From assembly GCA_050273025.1 (NCBI GenBank), contig CP158636.1, positions 310,001 through 374,000 on the forward strand: 64,000 nt of DNA, written 5' to 3'. Below, piece after piece: positions 35,675-50,300 of the stretch; the first letter of the stretch is position 1; every line of letters begins with the position of its first letter. The translations under genes and the position numbers were made by a program. Source of the stretch: Cenococcum geophilum. Lineage: Eukaryota. The notes under the pieces are model-generated. The model saw only the letters and a program-made list of their open reading frames with translations. It did not search any database and was not told the DNA's origin.

Positions 35675-38600
35675 AATAAGTAACAATATTAACTAAATTA
35701 ATTAGATAGATATTATACCTCTAGTAAACAACTTAGAGATATTAGGAATCTTTAAGGATAAAGATAAAAAGGAGGGAGATAGTGTTATAAACGCTTTAAG
35801 TATAATGCTATAACTACTTAAAGAGGAGTCAAAAGAAGCTAGTTAGTTAATTTAAATACGGTTTAGAATAGAGCCGATAAAACTATATAACGAGGAATAG
35901 TAATTAAGGTTATATAATAAGATTTATATAATCTATATAATCTATATAATCTATAATAGAGTAGATAGAGCTTACGTATATTATATATAAGAAGGATTTT
36001 ATAGAAATACGGTTATATATTTAAGGACCCTTAATCTCTACCTAGATAGTTCCTTCCTTATAGTAATTTTTAGAATATAATTAGAGTTAATCTATTAGGC
36101 AACTACTCCACCAGTTATTATTACGTTGTTAACTTTAACTTGCATTATCTATATACCTAGCCTAATAACGAGCCTACCGTAGTACCTATTACAAGGTTCC
36201 GTTATAAGGATATCTTTTTCCTTTTTTTCTTTTTCCTTTATAAAGGGATCTTCTCCTACTAAAACACTCTATACATAGTCCCCTAGTAATTTAACTTACT
36301 CTTTTTCATCTTCTTTTTTTAGCCCTATATAGGCCTAGTTTAGGTTATTTAGGGCTTTTTATAGATAATATTTTGGAGAAAGAGAGGAGGGAGGTATACT
36401 AGCCGTAATAGGCTTAGGTACTAACGTCCTGCTTTAGTTTTAGGTTTTGTTTTTAGGAGAAGATAGTATATAATATCTTTTTCTTCCATTTTTCATTTTT
36501 ACGTCTTTCTTAGACGGGTAAGGAGAAGATAGAGGAGAAGGAGAAGGAGAAGGGGAAGAGGTAGAAGAAGAGGTAGATAAGGGTTTATCGTTGCTTATCT
36601 CTATATTTTTGCCTATTAGAGGCCTTACTATTTTATAGGGGGGGTTCCTAGTTTTTACAGTAGATAATAACCTCCTTAGGTCTCTTATCTCCTAGTCCTA
36701 AAGGTAGAAAACTAGGCAAAAAGCCTTGCTAATTTTTACTATCCTTTTACGCCTTTTCTCCTTACTAATCTTACTAGAAGATTTCTAGGGAGATTAGGCT
36801 AAAAGGTAGTAGAAAAACTAGCTAAAAAAGACTAGTGTAGTTATTTTCTTTTTCTATTAGAAGTAGAAAAAACTACTAAAAAAAGGACTTATTAGGCTTT
36901 TATTAGCAGAAAAGCCCTAAAGGCAATCTTCCTCTTACTAAAGAAAATCTGACTAAAGGAGATATAGAAAAGTACCTACATCCCCTATTTTATTAGGCTT
37001 TTGCTTTCTATAGAAGAAAAACCTAGGAAAAGTCTATGTTTTATAGTTTTGGTATTAGTGGTAGTAGTAGTAGTAGTAGTTTTAGTATTTCTATCCGTGC
37101 CTCGCTTATAAGCTAGGACCACCCCTAAGAAGAATTTTCTATTAGGGAGAAGGGGGTAAAAACGACAAATAAATCCACCTCTAGCTCGCTAGGCAGTAGG
37201 AATTAGGTCTTAGGAGTTGGAAAATCAATTGTTTTTAATAGGCAGAAGGGTATACGTAAGTTTTAAAGTACGGTGCTACCTTTTGGTAAGGTTGTATGTG
37301 TGGTTTATTATAGGATATAGTTATATTCTTAAGTTAGGGAAGATTTGTAAAATAACTTATCTAGATATTTAGGGACCTAAAGGTAATAACTATAGTAGAA
37401 CGGAAGCTTTAAAACCTAGTATAACGAACCTTAGTAATTAAGTATACAATATAGTTCTAAATGCTAGCTATATAGGTTAAATGGAATAATAAAGCACTTA
37501 TAGTATAGTATAAGTAGGGACTTAAAGCAAAAGTCTAGGACGTAATTATTTTAATAGAAGATATAAATATACTACAAGAACTTATAAATTAAGTAATTAA
37601 GATTAATAATAAGATCTACTAAAGAGAATAGACTAAGAAGAGTTAAAATAGAGTTCTATAGTCGTATAGGGCATAAAGTACGCAATAATATAGTTCAAGT
37701 TAAAAACTATAAAATAGCGGACTAGAGCTAATAGACCTAAGCAGTACTAAAGAATCTAGAAGAGGAAATAAGAAACTATAGAAACCTAAAGTTTAAGAAT
37801 TAAGTAATTAAAGGACTAAGGAGTAGAGGCTAAACTAGGGATCTTAGTAGCAGAAGATATTTAGGCGGACTTTATAATAAAAAAGATAGCTTAAAGAAGG
37901 AGCTTATATAAACTGCAAAACATAGTATTATTTTGCCAGAGACTATAGAAGTAGTTAGGGTAACTATATAGTAAAGAAAATAAGACTAGTATACAATATA
38001 TACGTATAGAGGAACAATAATATACTACGAGGAACAAAAGAGTATTTAATTAACAGTTTCGCGTTTTATTATAATAATATATACCGAGTTTATAAGGACA
38101 CTTAGTATAGTATAAGCTATTAGCTATAAGAGCCTAAGCTAAAGGAACTCTAGGGTATAAGAGAGTTAGATAAAGAATAAGATTAACTTTATAAACTAGA
38201 TTAGGATAAAGATAATATATATAGCTAGCAGTTAGCGGAGAAAGTTCTTATATACTAGTTTTACTAAGTAATAGGATTTAAGGATTAAGACTATTAGACT
38301 ATTAATAGCGATTATAAGAGAAAATAAGTAACTAACTAGAAGTATATAAAGCTTAAATACACAATAAAGGTAGAGGATAATTCTACTATAGAATAGGGAA
38401 CATTAGTAGGGATTAAAACCCTACTAGATATAATATCTATCGCTTTATAAGACGTAAGAGAAGTAAAATAATAAACTGTTTTGGCACTTAATAAAGGTAA
38501 AAGGCTATAGGCTTAAGACTCTTAAAATAAGATAAGAGACGCTTAAGATCCCTAAAATAGGATAAGATAAGCTTAAGGACCTATAATAAACGAAAACTAA

Positions 38601-39740
38601 TAGAGCAGAGTAGCAGCTTAGTTTAGAAATATATAAATAAGCATAGGATAGAATTTCCTACAGGTATAAGATTATTAAAGCAAGATAAGCAAGATTTAAA
38701 ACTCTTAAGATAAAACGAGAATACCCCTAAAGCTTAGTTAGACTAAAGTAGGAGTATAGCTTAGAAAGGAAGTAAGCTTAAAACTAAGGAAACTATAAAA
38801 CTAAGACTCTAATATTAGGATAAGGACCATTAATAAAATTGCGAGTAAGACTTAGTAATAGGATTAAAAAGTTAATACTTTAGTTAAAAAGTATAAAGGC
38901 TTTAACCTATTAGCAAGAAGAAAGCTAGATAAAAGTAATAAAGAATTTAGGAAAAGAATCTTTATATAATAAAAAGAGATGCTAAAAGCAACGGACTATT
39001 TAGGAAAAAGGTTACCTATATAAAGGGTTACTAATAGGCCTAAGGTAGGCACGCTAAGAGCAAAATAGCTAACTAAACTAAAAGATAAAGAGGATTTTAG
39101 AATCCTAATTAGGTTTAAGGAACAATATATAAAGGGCTGTTACGACGTAGTAATAAGAAGATACTTCCTTATAGATAAGCTATATATACTTAGGGAGCTA
39201 TACTAAAAGTAGTATAGGTAGCGATATAATAATAAGTAGGAACACTTTTATATATAGTTAAATAAACAAGTTATTTAAGATTAACTAATTATAGAAAAAG
39301 TTATAAATTATATTAAGGGAGCCTTAATTATAATGTTAAGAGATCTGGAAGAAGAATTAGAGAACTAGAGAAGTAAGTAATATATCTTAATACCTGCGAA
39401 TAAAACAGTAGTATTTAGATTAGCGCGATAAAGGTTTAAACTTAAGGATAAAAATAAACTAAGAGTTAACCGAAAGCACCTAGCATATTATATATTGGTA
39501 TAGATTATAAATATATACAATATATACAATATACATAAAAATCTAAAAGAAAAGAATTAGAAGTACTTTATAAGAATATATTAGGCACTAAATAAGTAAA
39601 AATATAGAAATATTAAGTATATGCATAGATAGCATCTAATAGAAGTTTAGGAGTTAGGAGACTTAATACTTTAACTAGAAAGATTCCTTACAGAAGAATA
39701 TTTAGATAAATAATAGTAGTGGGAATACTTAGAGAATATA

Positions 39741-42296
39741 ATAATAATTCATTGCTTAACGTCCGATTTAGATCCCTATTAGGCCCACGCGGACTACTCC
39801 TTATTTATATATAGGGAGAAAACTCTATTTAAGAAAAATAAGAAAACCCCGTAATCCATCTCCCCGCCTTTTAGGACTCGCCTACTTAGCGCCTTTAAGT
39901 CGCCTATAGTGCTCTACTACCTTACTATTTAACCTTTTTAGAAACCACTGCTGCCGTAACAAGCCTACGGATGCGCTAGTATTACAAACTATTACTCTAC
40001 TACTGTAGAGTTACTAGGGGGCACCTACTGCTCGCCCCTTGCCTTCTATTACTATTTCCCTTATAACCCAGAACTAATTTAGCATATTTTAACTAATAAG
40101 CCACTAGGTAACCGCCTTAAGGCCTTTTTATATTAAGAGCAGTATATTATAGTTCTCTATACCAGCTACTAAGAGTATTATTTCTTAATTAGTGTATAGG
40201 GGGCATAGCAGTATTACGTATTTTGGTGTCTGTTTTAGCCAGCTATATTTATATCTTAGGCTACCTACTAGGACACCTACCCAGTAAAGCCAATCTTTTA
40301 GTCCTATTATTCCTGTTCTTAAGAGTATTGCTATTATATTTTCTGCCTTTATTAGGCCTTTTTAGAGCCCTTAGGTATTTACCCCCTATAGCGTTAACCA
40401 TACTATAGCTTAGGTTTGTCTTACCTAAGTTAGCCTCTATACCTTTAACTCCCATTCGCCTCTCTAGCGTTAGTCTAACTAGTATTACATTACGGTAGAT
40501 AGTTTCCCGGCGTTCTTATATATTCTACTTTAGCTCCTTTCTTTATCTTACTATTATCTTTACTAACCTCTTATACGTCTCCCTTCTTCCTCTATATAGG
40601 CCTGGGCCCTAAAGCGGCACTATTCTTCTTTTACTTTCTTTACCTGTTTCTCTAATATCTCTTCCCTACTTTAGGGTTGTTAGTTTATTCTCCTATAGGG
40701 CACCCTAGGGTCCCTCTATAGTTTACTTAGGCGTGTCTTAATATACTTTATAACATTAGAGTTGCGTTTATTTTACGTTCTTTATATTGTAGCGGCTTTA
40801 ATATATAACTATAGGGGGGGAATATTAGATTCCTTCTTAAGCAGTGCTATAGCCGTTCGCTTATACCCACCTATAATACTTTAAAGGTAGGCTATTTAGA
40901 CCTTTTAAAGTAGTTTAAGGAGTGATTTAGGGGGGCCCTTTTTAGTTTCTCTAATAGCCCAAATATTGGATCTATATGTTATGGTTGGCCGGACAACTGC
41001 TATATATAGTAGGCGTGACCTCTAGAAGCATGGACCCTATATAGAATTAACAATCCTAGATAAAGCAATAAACTATACTTAGCCTTTACGGGCCGCTTAT
41101 GCCGTATATACGCTCCACTGGAGCTTACTGTCTACTTATACTTCTAATACCCTTAGGCCCTAAACTGGTTAACCCCTAAAGCCTTAGATGTAAATTATAT
41201 GCTAAAGATCTGCAGATTGGTTGCGTTTTCTTATAAAATAGATTAGCTAGTATTTCTTTAGTAAGAATTGGACTCTATAACGTTTTACCTATTCTATATA
41301 AGTGTTATAGGCTTTCTCTAGTGTTCTGTAATTTTCTGCGGCTATTAGCCCGTATATAATTAGGTTTATATTATTAATAAAGCCTATCCCCTAGGTCGCC
41401 CCTTTCTTAAAGGAGTTAAGTAGGTTGCTTATAAAGAAAAGGAAGAGTATAGGTAAGAGGGGTAATCCTTATGGTATTCCTGTTACAACTGCAATAGGGG
41501 GGCTCTAGTATCCGCTGAAGACTAGTAATATTTCTTTCTGGCCTATAAACCTTTAGACAAATTATATAATCTATTCTAGGAAGCCCTTTGCCCTAAGGAT
41601 ATATAGGAGACGCTCGTGGGGTATATTATTGTAGGCACCACTAATGTCTAGGCTAAGCATTAATACTACAAAGTCCTTTTACATCGCCTATACAGATTTA
41701 ATGGTAGTAGCGAGTAGCGTAAGTGCTAATAGTGTTAAGCGGTTCTTTCTTGCCCCTATTTGGCTTTGTAGTAGTAGGGCGTGTTCCTCTGCCGTATCTG
41801 CTATGCGTTCCGCTATTACCCTTTCTAAGATCTTGCTAAGGGTGTTTTCTAAGGCAATAGGGCGGTAGCTTTCTGGGATTAAGTAATCTGCTTTGCCTTC
41901 TTTTTATAAAACAACCGTCGTTATAGCAGGTAGTTATATATTAGTTAGTAATATAGTAGAGTTTAATATGCCTACTTATTTAGGCCTCTACCCCAGTTTT
42001 CTAGTGCTTTAGTCCCAATCTATAAGCAGTTGGCTGCTACTACCAATTACGGGGAGTTTTACCAGTTCTTTTGGATATCTTATAACGGTATTACCCAAGT
42101 ACTAGTCTGCCCCCTAGCAGTCTGTATAAGAGTTTCCTCCTAGAGTTGGTGCGCTTTTGTACGGCTTGGGAGCCTTCTATAGCCTCTAGTTTCACGCCTT
42201 TCTTTATTGTTTCCGCCGGCGTGGGCATAAGCTGCCGTTTCCAGGGGTCGTAACTCCCATCTTCGCGCCTACTGACGTAATCCTACGGGGGCGTCG
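39741..42296 (-). mobile_element. Internally deleted Tad1-type LINE, family B (no RNase H seen)
   Basis: TSD ACTTAGAGAATATA (39727-39740 and 42297-42310); (TTA)n-type tail. Minus strand reads TVVLRKEGKADY..P.SYRPIALENTL, LDISGAY, GIPQGSPLSPILF, then a C-terminal Cys/His region. 41925-42296 looks like 5' UTR plus ORF1 start. Confidence 0.88.
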
Positions 42297-44352
42297 ACTT
42301 AGAGAATATATATCTATAGTATATTAAAAATAAAAAGTGAATAAAATATTAGCTAAAGGGTAAGCTAAGTATAATAGGATTAAGTAGCTAATAGTTAAAA
42401 AAAAGTAGAGACCTATAGAACTAAAGGGAGCTAATAGTAGAGCCTTAGACCCTTAAAGGAATTTAAGAATAACACCTAAATTTATAAGTTAATTAGTAAG
42501 ATTAATAGTTTAAGGCATTAATAGATAGTAAAGTAATAAGGAACTATATCTTATTAGTAATAGTAAAACGGATAGGACTACCTTATAGATAGAAGGAGTA
42601 TCTATATTTATTAGTTATAATTTTAAAAGATTTAATAGCCTATAAAGGAGGTATTATTAATCTTAAAATAGAACCTATTTAGATAACTATTAAAGGAAGA
42701 TAAATTAAAAATATTTTTTAATATCTTACTATTAGGACGGGATAAGGCAGTATTAAGTATACTTTAGTTATAGAAATATAATCTAAAAATTAATTAGGTT
42801 ATAGGTTAGGTTAATATTAAAGATACTTAATAATATAAAAAGAGTATAGTAATTAAAATAGTATAGTACTAAGTTAGAGTAATATATAAGGAAACTAAGA
42901 AAAGGTTATCTTATATACTAAAAGGACACTATAAGTATAGTAAAAAACTATAGAGCCTAAAAAGTAAAAAGCTATTAGAGTATATAGTATAGGACTATAA
43001 AATAGAGTTAGAACTAGAAATAAGTCTAAAGTTTTTTCTAATCTATAAGCTAACTAAAGAAGAGTTAAGAGCACTTAAAGAGTTTATTTAAAAAAAACTT
43101 ATAAAAGGGATATATTAAACTATTATAATTATTAGTAAAATATCTGGTACTATTCGTACTAAAGAAGAACGAAAAACTTAGGCTATGTATTAACTATAAA
43201 TAGTTAAACAGCATTACTAAAAAGGATAGGTATCCTTTACCCTTAATTAGCGAAATTTAAGATAGGATAGGAAACGCGTAAATCTTTTTAAAGTTAGATC
43301 TAAAATGGGCGTATATTAGATTAGAATTAAGGAAGGTAATAAATAAAAAGCAGCCTTTTGGTTAAAGGAAGGACTATATAAACCATTAGTTATACAATTT
43401 AGACTTATAAACGTATTAGCAACGTTTAAAAAGCAAATTAATAGTATATTAGGAGAATACCTTAATAATAGTATTATCTACTAAATAAGTAAGGAAGAAT
43501 ATAGAGAATATGTTAAATAGGTCTTAAAGAGACTATAAGAAAAATAGATATTAGTAGCAATTAAGAAATATAAGTTCTTTATAAAGAAGACCGATTTTAT
43601 TAGATTTATTATTAAACTAGGTTATATTAATATAGACCTAAAGAAAATTAAAGCTATAGTAAGTTAGTAAGAACTAGAGAACGTAATATAGTTAAGATTT
43701 TTTTTAGGGTTTTATAACTACTACAGAAGGTTTATAATATAATAGTTAAAGAATATTAAACTATTTATAAGACTTATAAAAAAGAGAAACTATAGGTATA
43801 GAAAAAGGAATAAGAGAAACTATTTAAAGAACTTAAGGAGTTATTTACCTAAGAACTAATTCTTAAGATTTATTAACTAGAACTAGAGATAGTTATAGAA
43901 ATAAATATATTAGACTTTGTATTAGGAGTATACTTACTATAAAAGTATAAAAATACATAGCATCTAGTAGTATACTATAGTTAGAAAATAACACTATTAG
44001 AGCTAAACTATAACATTTATAATTATAATACTTAAGGAATAGAGAGCATTTTTATAAAGTATAGATAAACTATTTATAGTTAAAACGGATTATAAGAACC
44101 TAATGGGGTGCCTAATAATAAAAAAATATAATTAAAAATAAATTAGATAGATAGAGATGCTTATAGAATACTATTTTAAAATTTAGTATATTAAGGGCAC
44201 TAAGAATATAAGGGCCGACGTATTAAGTAGAAAAGCTAAACTATAAAATAATAAGAAACTATTAGGAGCAATACTACGCAGAGATAGTAATAGATTAATT
44301 AGATATAATTACCCTAAAATTATAGTAATATGAAGAAAATGGCTATATACTA

Positions 44353-47300
44353 ACGGGTTAGCCACCTAAATAAGACAGTTACCCATTCGAGACAGTGCAC
44401 GGACTCTCGCCAAAATCAAGATCAATTTAATATCAAAATCAACCCAAATCTACCCTATTACATAAATACACCATAATCCATTGGTAGTTCCTTTCAAACC
44501 TTCTTTGTAAAGGTAATAACTCCTTATAATGCAGCCCTCCTTTCCTTTACTATAGCCTCTTCCTGTTCCTTTTAAAGCTTTTCCTTATTCTTCTTTTAAG
44601 CCTCAGCTATAGTTAGAACTCGCGCCTTCCTATATACAGCTTTTGTCTTACTATAACGCTGCTTCTTCTACTTTTTAAGAAGCTCTTAATTCGTTCGCTT
44701 AAGGATTATATTATTAGCTACCGTACTTAAGGTAAACTGCTAAATATTATATATAACTTAAGAACGAAAGGGTGATGCACCTTATAAAAGCTGCCCAAAT
44801 ACAGCCGTAAGTTTCTCCTCTACGGAAGGAGACATGGGTATATTAAATCGATAGCTGTTCTTGTCCGTAAAGCTTATACAAGGAGTCGTTAGCTAAGTTA
44901 TTAGCTAAGCCATTAGCTAAATCTTTTGTAAAACAACTAAAGGATTAAATAGTAGAAGGCCTATTGCTCGCCATGCACTTACCATATTAGTGGGTGATAT
45001 AGCTTTATGTCGTGCAGCTTAGTAATACTTAAGGAACTTAGGCTTAGTAATATTGACAGCTCTATAAAAGGCAAAGTTATAGAGGTGCTTTTTATAAGCT
45101 CTTACTAAAGGACTAAATATACCGATATCTAGGGGTTAAAGTAGGTATATTAAATAAGATGGTAGACAGAGAGGGATAATCTTATAAGTCTTACAATACT
45201 TAGCAAACTATATTAATACATAGCTCTCGTGTCCGTTAAGAATCAATAAGCGATAGATTCCTTAGAGTCGTAGCTTTATATATTAATTAAAGTGTTTTAA
45301 CCAATTAACTACAATATCCGAATTTATCTACTCCGAATTACTTACTTAAATTACTATCTTATAATTAAGTTCGGGTAATATCTAAGATCGTTATACTTAT
45401 TTCCCTTAAAATATAAGGTAAGGAGGTAATCAATATTAACCTAATATATACTTAATAATAGACACCTAATCGCGATTACCTGGCTCTATAATAAAGGCTT
45501 AAGCCTCCCAACTAGGAGCTAAAATCTTTATTATTTAAAAATAATCTATTAATAAATATAAAGAGCTTAGCGGTAGGAAGATTAATAGGTATATAGAGTA
45601 GTCCCTAATTAAGATAGTTCATTTACTAAGAAAGACGTTTATTTAGGGTAAGAACGTTATCTTTGGTTAGTTCCTAGTATTAGGCAGTAATAAAGAGATT
45701 AAATAAAGCCTTAGGTTAATAGATAGAAGCAATATAAGCTCCGTAAGCGCGTTACTCCATATATCCTTGCTTTAGGGAATTAATATTAATAACGTTAATC
45801 TTCTTACCTTAACCCTTCTGGCGTAAAGTAATAGAATTCTTATTTAGGGAGAGGATGCATCTATTAAAAAGTAATGGTGTTATTAAATTAAGCTTTTCCT
45901 TCGGCTTTACTATAAGATTTACCTTTACTAGCTTATCCTCTTTAAGAGCTAAGAATTGGTTATCTCCTAAGATAATTATATTATTAGTTTATATACCGAC
46001 GATTCCGAATAGGGTTCCTATAGTTATAATAAGGAAGTAGGGATTAAATATAGAAGTAGTTATTAAAAGTTTCTCTTTATAGTGCTTATTATAGGTAGCC
46101 TACTAGTAAGTTCCTGCCTCTGCGATTCTATATAATGGCTTAAGTATAACCATAATTATATCTTTAGAATACTAGTGGCAAATTTACTCCAGAAGGTATG
46201 CTAATATTAAGCGCTAAAGGTGCGTCTCTAATTAGGTGTAGGCTTAAGTAATATCTTATAAATAAACCGCTATTCTATTCTTTATTAAGGGGGAAGCTAA
46301 TATAATAATAACTTACTAACTAGCTCGTTAAATCGTGGGAGATTATATAAGAATTATCTCTTTACTAGTATTGTTGTAACCTTAGATAATAAGCCTTAAT
46401 TTCTTAAATAGGGCGTTAGTAGCTTTACCCTTAATCTTATTAACTATCCTTAACTTAAAGATGCAAACTTTATTAAACTTAGTAGGGTTATACTTCTTAA
46501 ATTTAAAGACTCCTCTTATAATAAAACCATTGATCTCCTGCTTATTAGATACTTAGAAAGGAGCTCCTAAAGTTATAATATAATCTTTCTTTTAAAGCTG
46601 TTTTGCGAGTTTAAAGTTAGCCTTCTCCTTAGCTATTATAAAGGCCATTAATAGCTTAACTCTATTCTTAATGGCGGCAATAAATTGCTCTTTAAAATTA
46701 ATAAAATGTTAGCAATTTTATAATCCCTTTAGGCGACCTCTACCGCGTTATAGTTGCGGCGCATCTACTATAATTATATTAGAATTATAGTCGCCTTCTA
46801 GAGTATATTAATTATAGTTTACCTTTAGGGCCTCTTTTAGGGCATCCTATAAAGGCTTAGAACTGTTATCTTTATAGTAAGGCTTAATAATAGTTAAATG
46901 GAATTAAGTGGGTCTATAAGGCATCTAAATAGTGCAAATTTAACTATTAATTATAATAAGTTAATATAGGCCTAACCACCCTCCCTTTTTACGCTATACG
47001 CGTACCTTAGACTAGAGTGGCAGATTAAGCATAGTTAAGGTGTTTAGGCCATTTCTTATTCTTAGTACATTATTTACCTAGCATATAGCGTAAAGACGTC
47101 GTACCTCCTTTATTACCTTATAAATAGCCTTTACTTATTATACAACAGAGAAAGATAGTAGAGAATTATTAGTTATTTAAGGGTAGGTGCTAAAGACTAG
47201 TAATATAGGTATAAGTCTATCTAGGCTAGCGGAATTATTAATAGCTTTAACAGCTATTTATAAGGTAAGTTCTTTACTAGCGTCCTCTAGTTTTAAAGAG

Positions 47301-50300
47301 ATAATCTTATATATGCGGCGTAATGGCGCATAATATCGCTCTATTTTTTTAATACTATTATATGCCTTAATAGGGACTTCCTTAACCTTAATTACTATTG
47401 CCTTTATCTATTATCGAAACTCTATAAATAAGAAGTTCTTTTCTATATTATAGACGATTTAATTAGGGGGTTTTAGGTAAATATTAATCTAGTATAATTA
47501 AAGGGTATCCTATATATTCTTAGCTAATATATTCTTTAAAAATTGTGCGGCTTAAAAGGAGGTTAAGAAGTTAATAACTTAGAGTACTAGCTTGCCGCTA
47601 AAATATATAACGTTAACAATAATATAGAAGTTAAAGTTGTAGTTATCTTTAAGGGTAAACTTAAATTAGCTAGGGGACTTTTAGTTTATTTAGTAGTAAT
47701 AGCAGTACTTTATAAGATATTTAATTGCCTTAACCTTAACTTTATGGCCTACTTGCTAAAGAACCCTAAGCAATTAATAAACGGATAGGTGGCTAAAATA
47801 ATAGTGTAGTTAACGTAACTCTAACTTAGTTAGGTGGCTCTAAGTAATACTCCTTTCTAGTTAATAAAGGAGTAACTAAGGGTAACCCTACTTACGCATA
47901 ACGGGCACCTAATTATCTCCCTAAATAAGTATATCCTTAAGGTTATTAAGCTTAATACCTAATTTATTTATATCTCTAATGTAAAATAGAAACGGGGTGT
48001 TTATAGGAACGACGTAAAAGGTAATATACCCTAAGGGGGTTTAGACCCTAATTGTGCTAAAAAAGATTATAGTACCCTTACTAAAATAAATCGTGTGTTA
48101 GCCTGCCGTTAAATAGTTAATCTAAATAGAGCTATTAAGCTGGTAAAGGGCTTAAACTTAAGGTTCTCCTGCTATAGATACTCCTACGGCTTTAGTATCT
48201 AGTATAATATTATAGAAGACGTTTACTAAGTATCTGTTATTAAAGGAGAACGCGGAACTCTCCCTTAGCTTATTAAAGATATCTAACTTCGTAGTAAAAT
48301 AGAGCGTAGATTAGTTATTAAGAATAGTAACGGTTTATATACTATCTACCTTACCATACTTAATAAAGTATTAGTTGGGTAAGTACTTCTTAATTTCTAT
48401 ATCTATAAGGAGCTATTTAGCCTTATTAACCTTACCCTTAAGATCTTCTACGCCTTTATATTAAACTAGGAAGCTTTAGAAGTAGGCCGTAGTAACCTTA
48501 TAATTTCTAACGTTTTTTATACTCTAGTAAAACTTATTATATACCTTTTTTTGCTTACTAAAAGAATGCCTACTTAACTAATAATTTGGTTTCTTATAAA
48601 CGTAGCACTTCTTTTAGTAATTACTTTAAAATAAACCTCTATAAGGGCCTCCACCTTTACCTTATAATTATTAATTATACCCTCTGCCGTATTACCTACC
48701 CCGGCCACTATATGTTTACTTAGTCTAGTTATAATTATATTAGTTAGGCGGGTTAATTAAAGTAGGTTAGAGTTAGGCGTTAAATTGCTATACTTTTTAA
48801 GAGTGTAGAGCGGTGCTAATAAAAGATCTTAATTAAGTATATACTTCTTTATAAGTATTTATAGAATTAAAGAGAGTAAGGTTATATTCTTTAACACCTT
48901 AGTATACGCTAATAACTTAATTACGTAGGCTAAAGTCTTCTTAATATAATTTGGATAATCTACGCTAAATTATCTAAAATTAATTAAAGAGCTTTTAAAG
49001 ATAATTAAGCCGAGGGATACCTAGGTTTATAGTAATAATCCTTAAAAAGGTAGTCTCTCTCTATTCTAATATATACTACTACTTATTCTCTTCTATTTTA
49101 AAGTGGTATCTTAACTTATATATTATACGGTTAAAATTATATCCTTTTTCTGCTAAATAATTATAATAAAAGGTACTAGCTTAGCCCTTAAGTATAACGG
49201 AATAGGCGTTATAGTATTAATTAGACTCTATTCCTACCTTTTAGTAATAGTTATAGAAGATACATAGTTTTAAATTAAGAATATTATATAATTTCCCGCT
49301 AAACTTCTTCTCCTAATCTAAATAGAGCTTTGTAAGCTCTATAAGCAGTTTTAAACTACCTTCGATTTAAGATTAAGATAGAGGAGGTAGGGGTTATATT
49401 ATAGGCTGTAGTAGGGACGTAGGTCTAGTTGGTAAAGTCTAAAGGTCGTTAAATCGCGAAGCAATAGGATCCTATGCCTACTCTTATTAGGGTATAGTAT
49501 CCAACGTTAAGGTTACGGGTTAAATTAGATATAGAGGAGTTAAAGGCGGAGGTAGGTTCGTCTCTAAAGGTATATTACTTAAGTTCTATTATAAGTTAAG
49601 CTTCCTTATAGTGTATAATTAGTGCTTAATCTCTTATAGAGTCCATTTATACTCTTCTTTTACGTTAATAGCCTACTCCTAAATATTGTCTCTAATAGTA
49701 CCCCTATCCTTAGGGACAAATACTTTATTCTCCTAAAGGAAGTTACGGAAGTCCTATACAATATCCTTATTTATAGGGGCCTATATTTCCTTTATCTATC
49801 TAATAAAGTCCTCCTTTATACATTCCTATAGCGCGGTATCGTTATATTTACTGTCCTTATAATATACTATACGGTATAATAAAAATCCATTTAAGTCTTA
49901 TTTATTAGCGTTTGCAAGGTTAATTATAGCTTTATTTTATATCTTTAAGTTAATATCTTCCTTATACTTCTTTAGGTAGGTTAACGCTATAGTAGGTATA
50001 GAATTAACGGGGTGTCGTATGTTAAAGGTAGGTAGAATTTTCGGTTTTATAGGATCTTGTAGGTTTGCTGTTAAGAGGTAGGCAATTTAAGATATTATTT
50101 AACGCGTTTTAGACGTTAACTTAGGACCCTAGGTTTAGTAATACTTCTAACCTAAAGTATTTAACCAAATCTTTGTAAACGCGGTTATTCTATATAATAG
50201 ACGCAACTTAGTATCTCCTAGTACTTAGTAATACTTCTATTACTAGTTTTCCGTAAGTTTAAGGTAGTATAGTATCGCCGGGATCCATTCCATATAAGTG

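Larger units (their letters stand above)
21039..36206 (+). mobile_element. Full-length chromoviral Gypsy G2 copy b, carrying two nested insertions
   Basis: 424-bp LTRs (21039-22563 minus the insert; 35783-36206); TSD AGGAC/AGGAT; PPT AAAAAGGAGGGAGATAG; gag from about 22609; PR near 25510; RT split at 26543; IN and chromodomain to about 35070. Confidence 0.95.
15656..37318 (-). mobile_element. Full-length LINE family A copy 2 (15656-21038 plus 36212-37318), interrupted in ORF1 by Gypsy G2b
   Basis: Reverse-complement homolog of 8564-15265; T-rich tail at 15656-15682; TSD AGTTATATT at 15647-15655 and 37319-37327. Confidence 0.93.
8050..44339 (+). mobile_element. Gypsy family G2 copy a, fragmented (8050-8563, 15266-15655, 37319-39740, 42297-44339) and breaking off after RNase H
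   Basis: 5' LTR at about 8050-8478 is homologous to those at 21039 and 56044. The segments rejoin across three LINE TSDs and align with copies b and c. No integrase or 3' LTR in the window. Confidence 0.88.

Noticed and set aside
37055..37082. (TAG)n microsatellite
   Set aside because: It is a simple slippage expansion in the 5' UTR of LINE A copy 2, with no sign of function.
42230..42296. Self-cleaving ribozyme at the LINE B 5' end
   Set aside because: The region is GC-rich, but I could not build a hammerhead (CUGANGA...GAAA) or HDV fold by eye.
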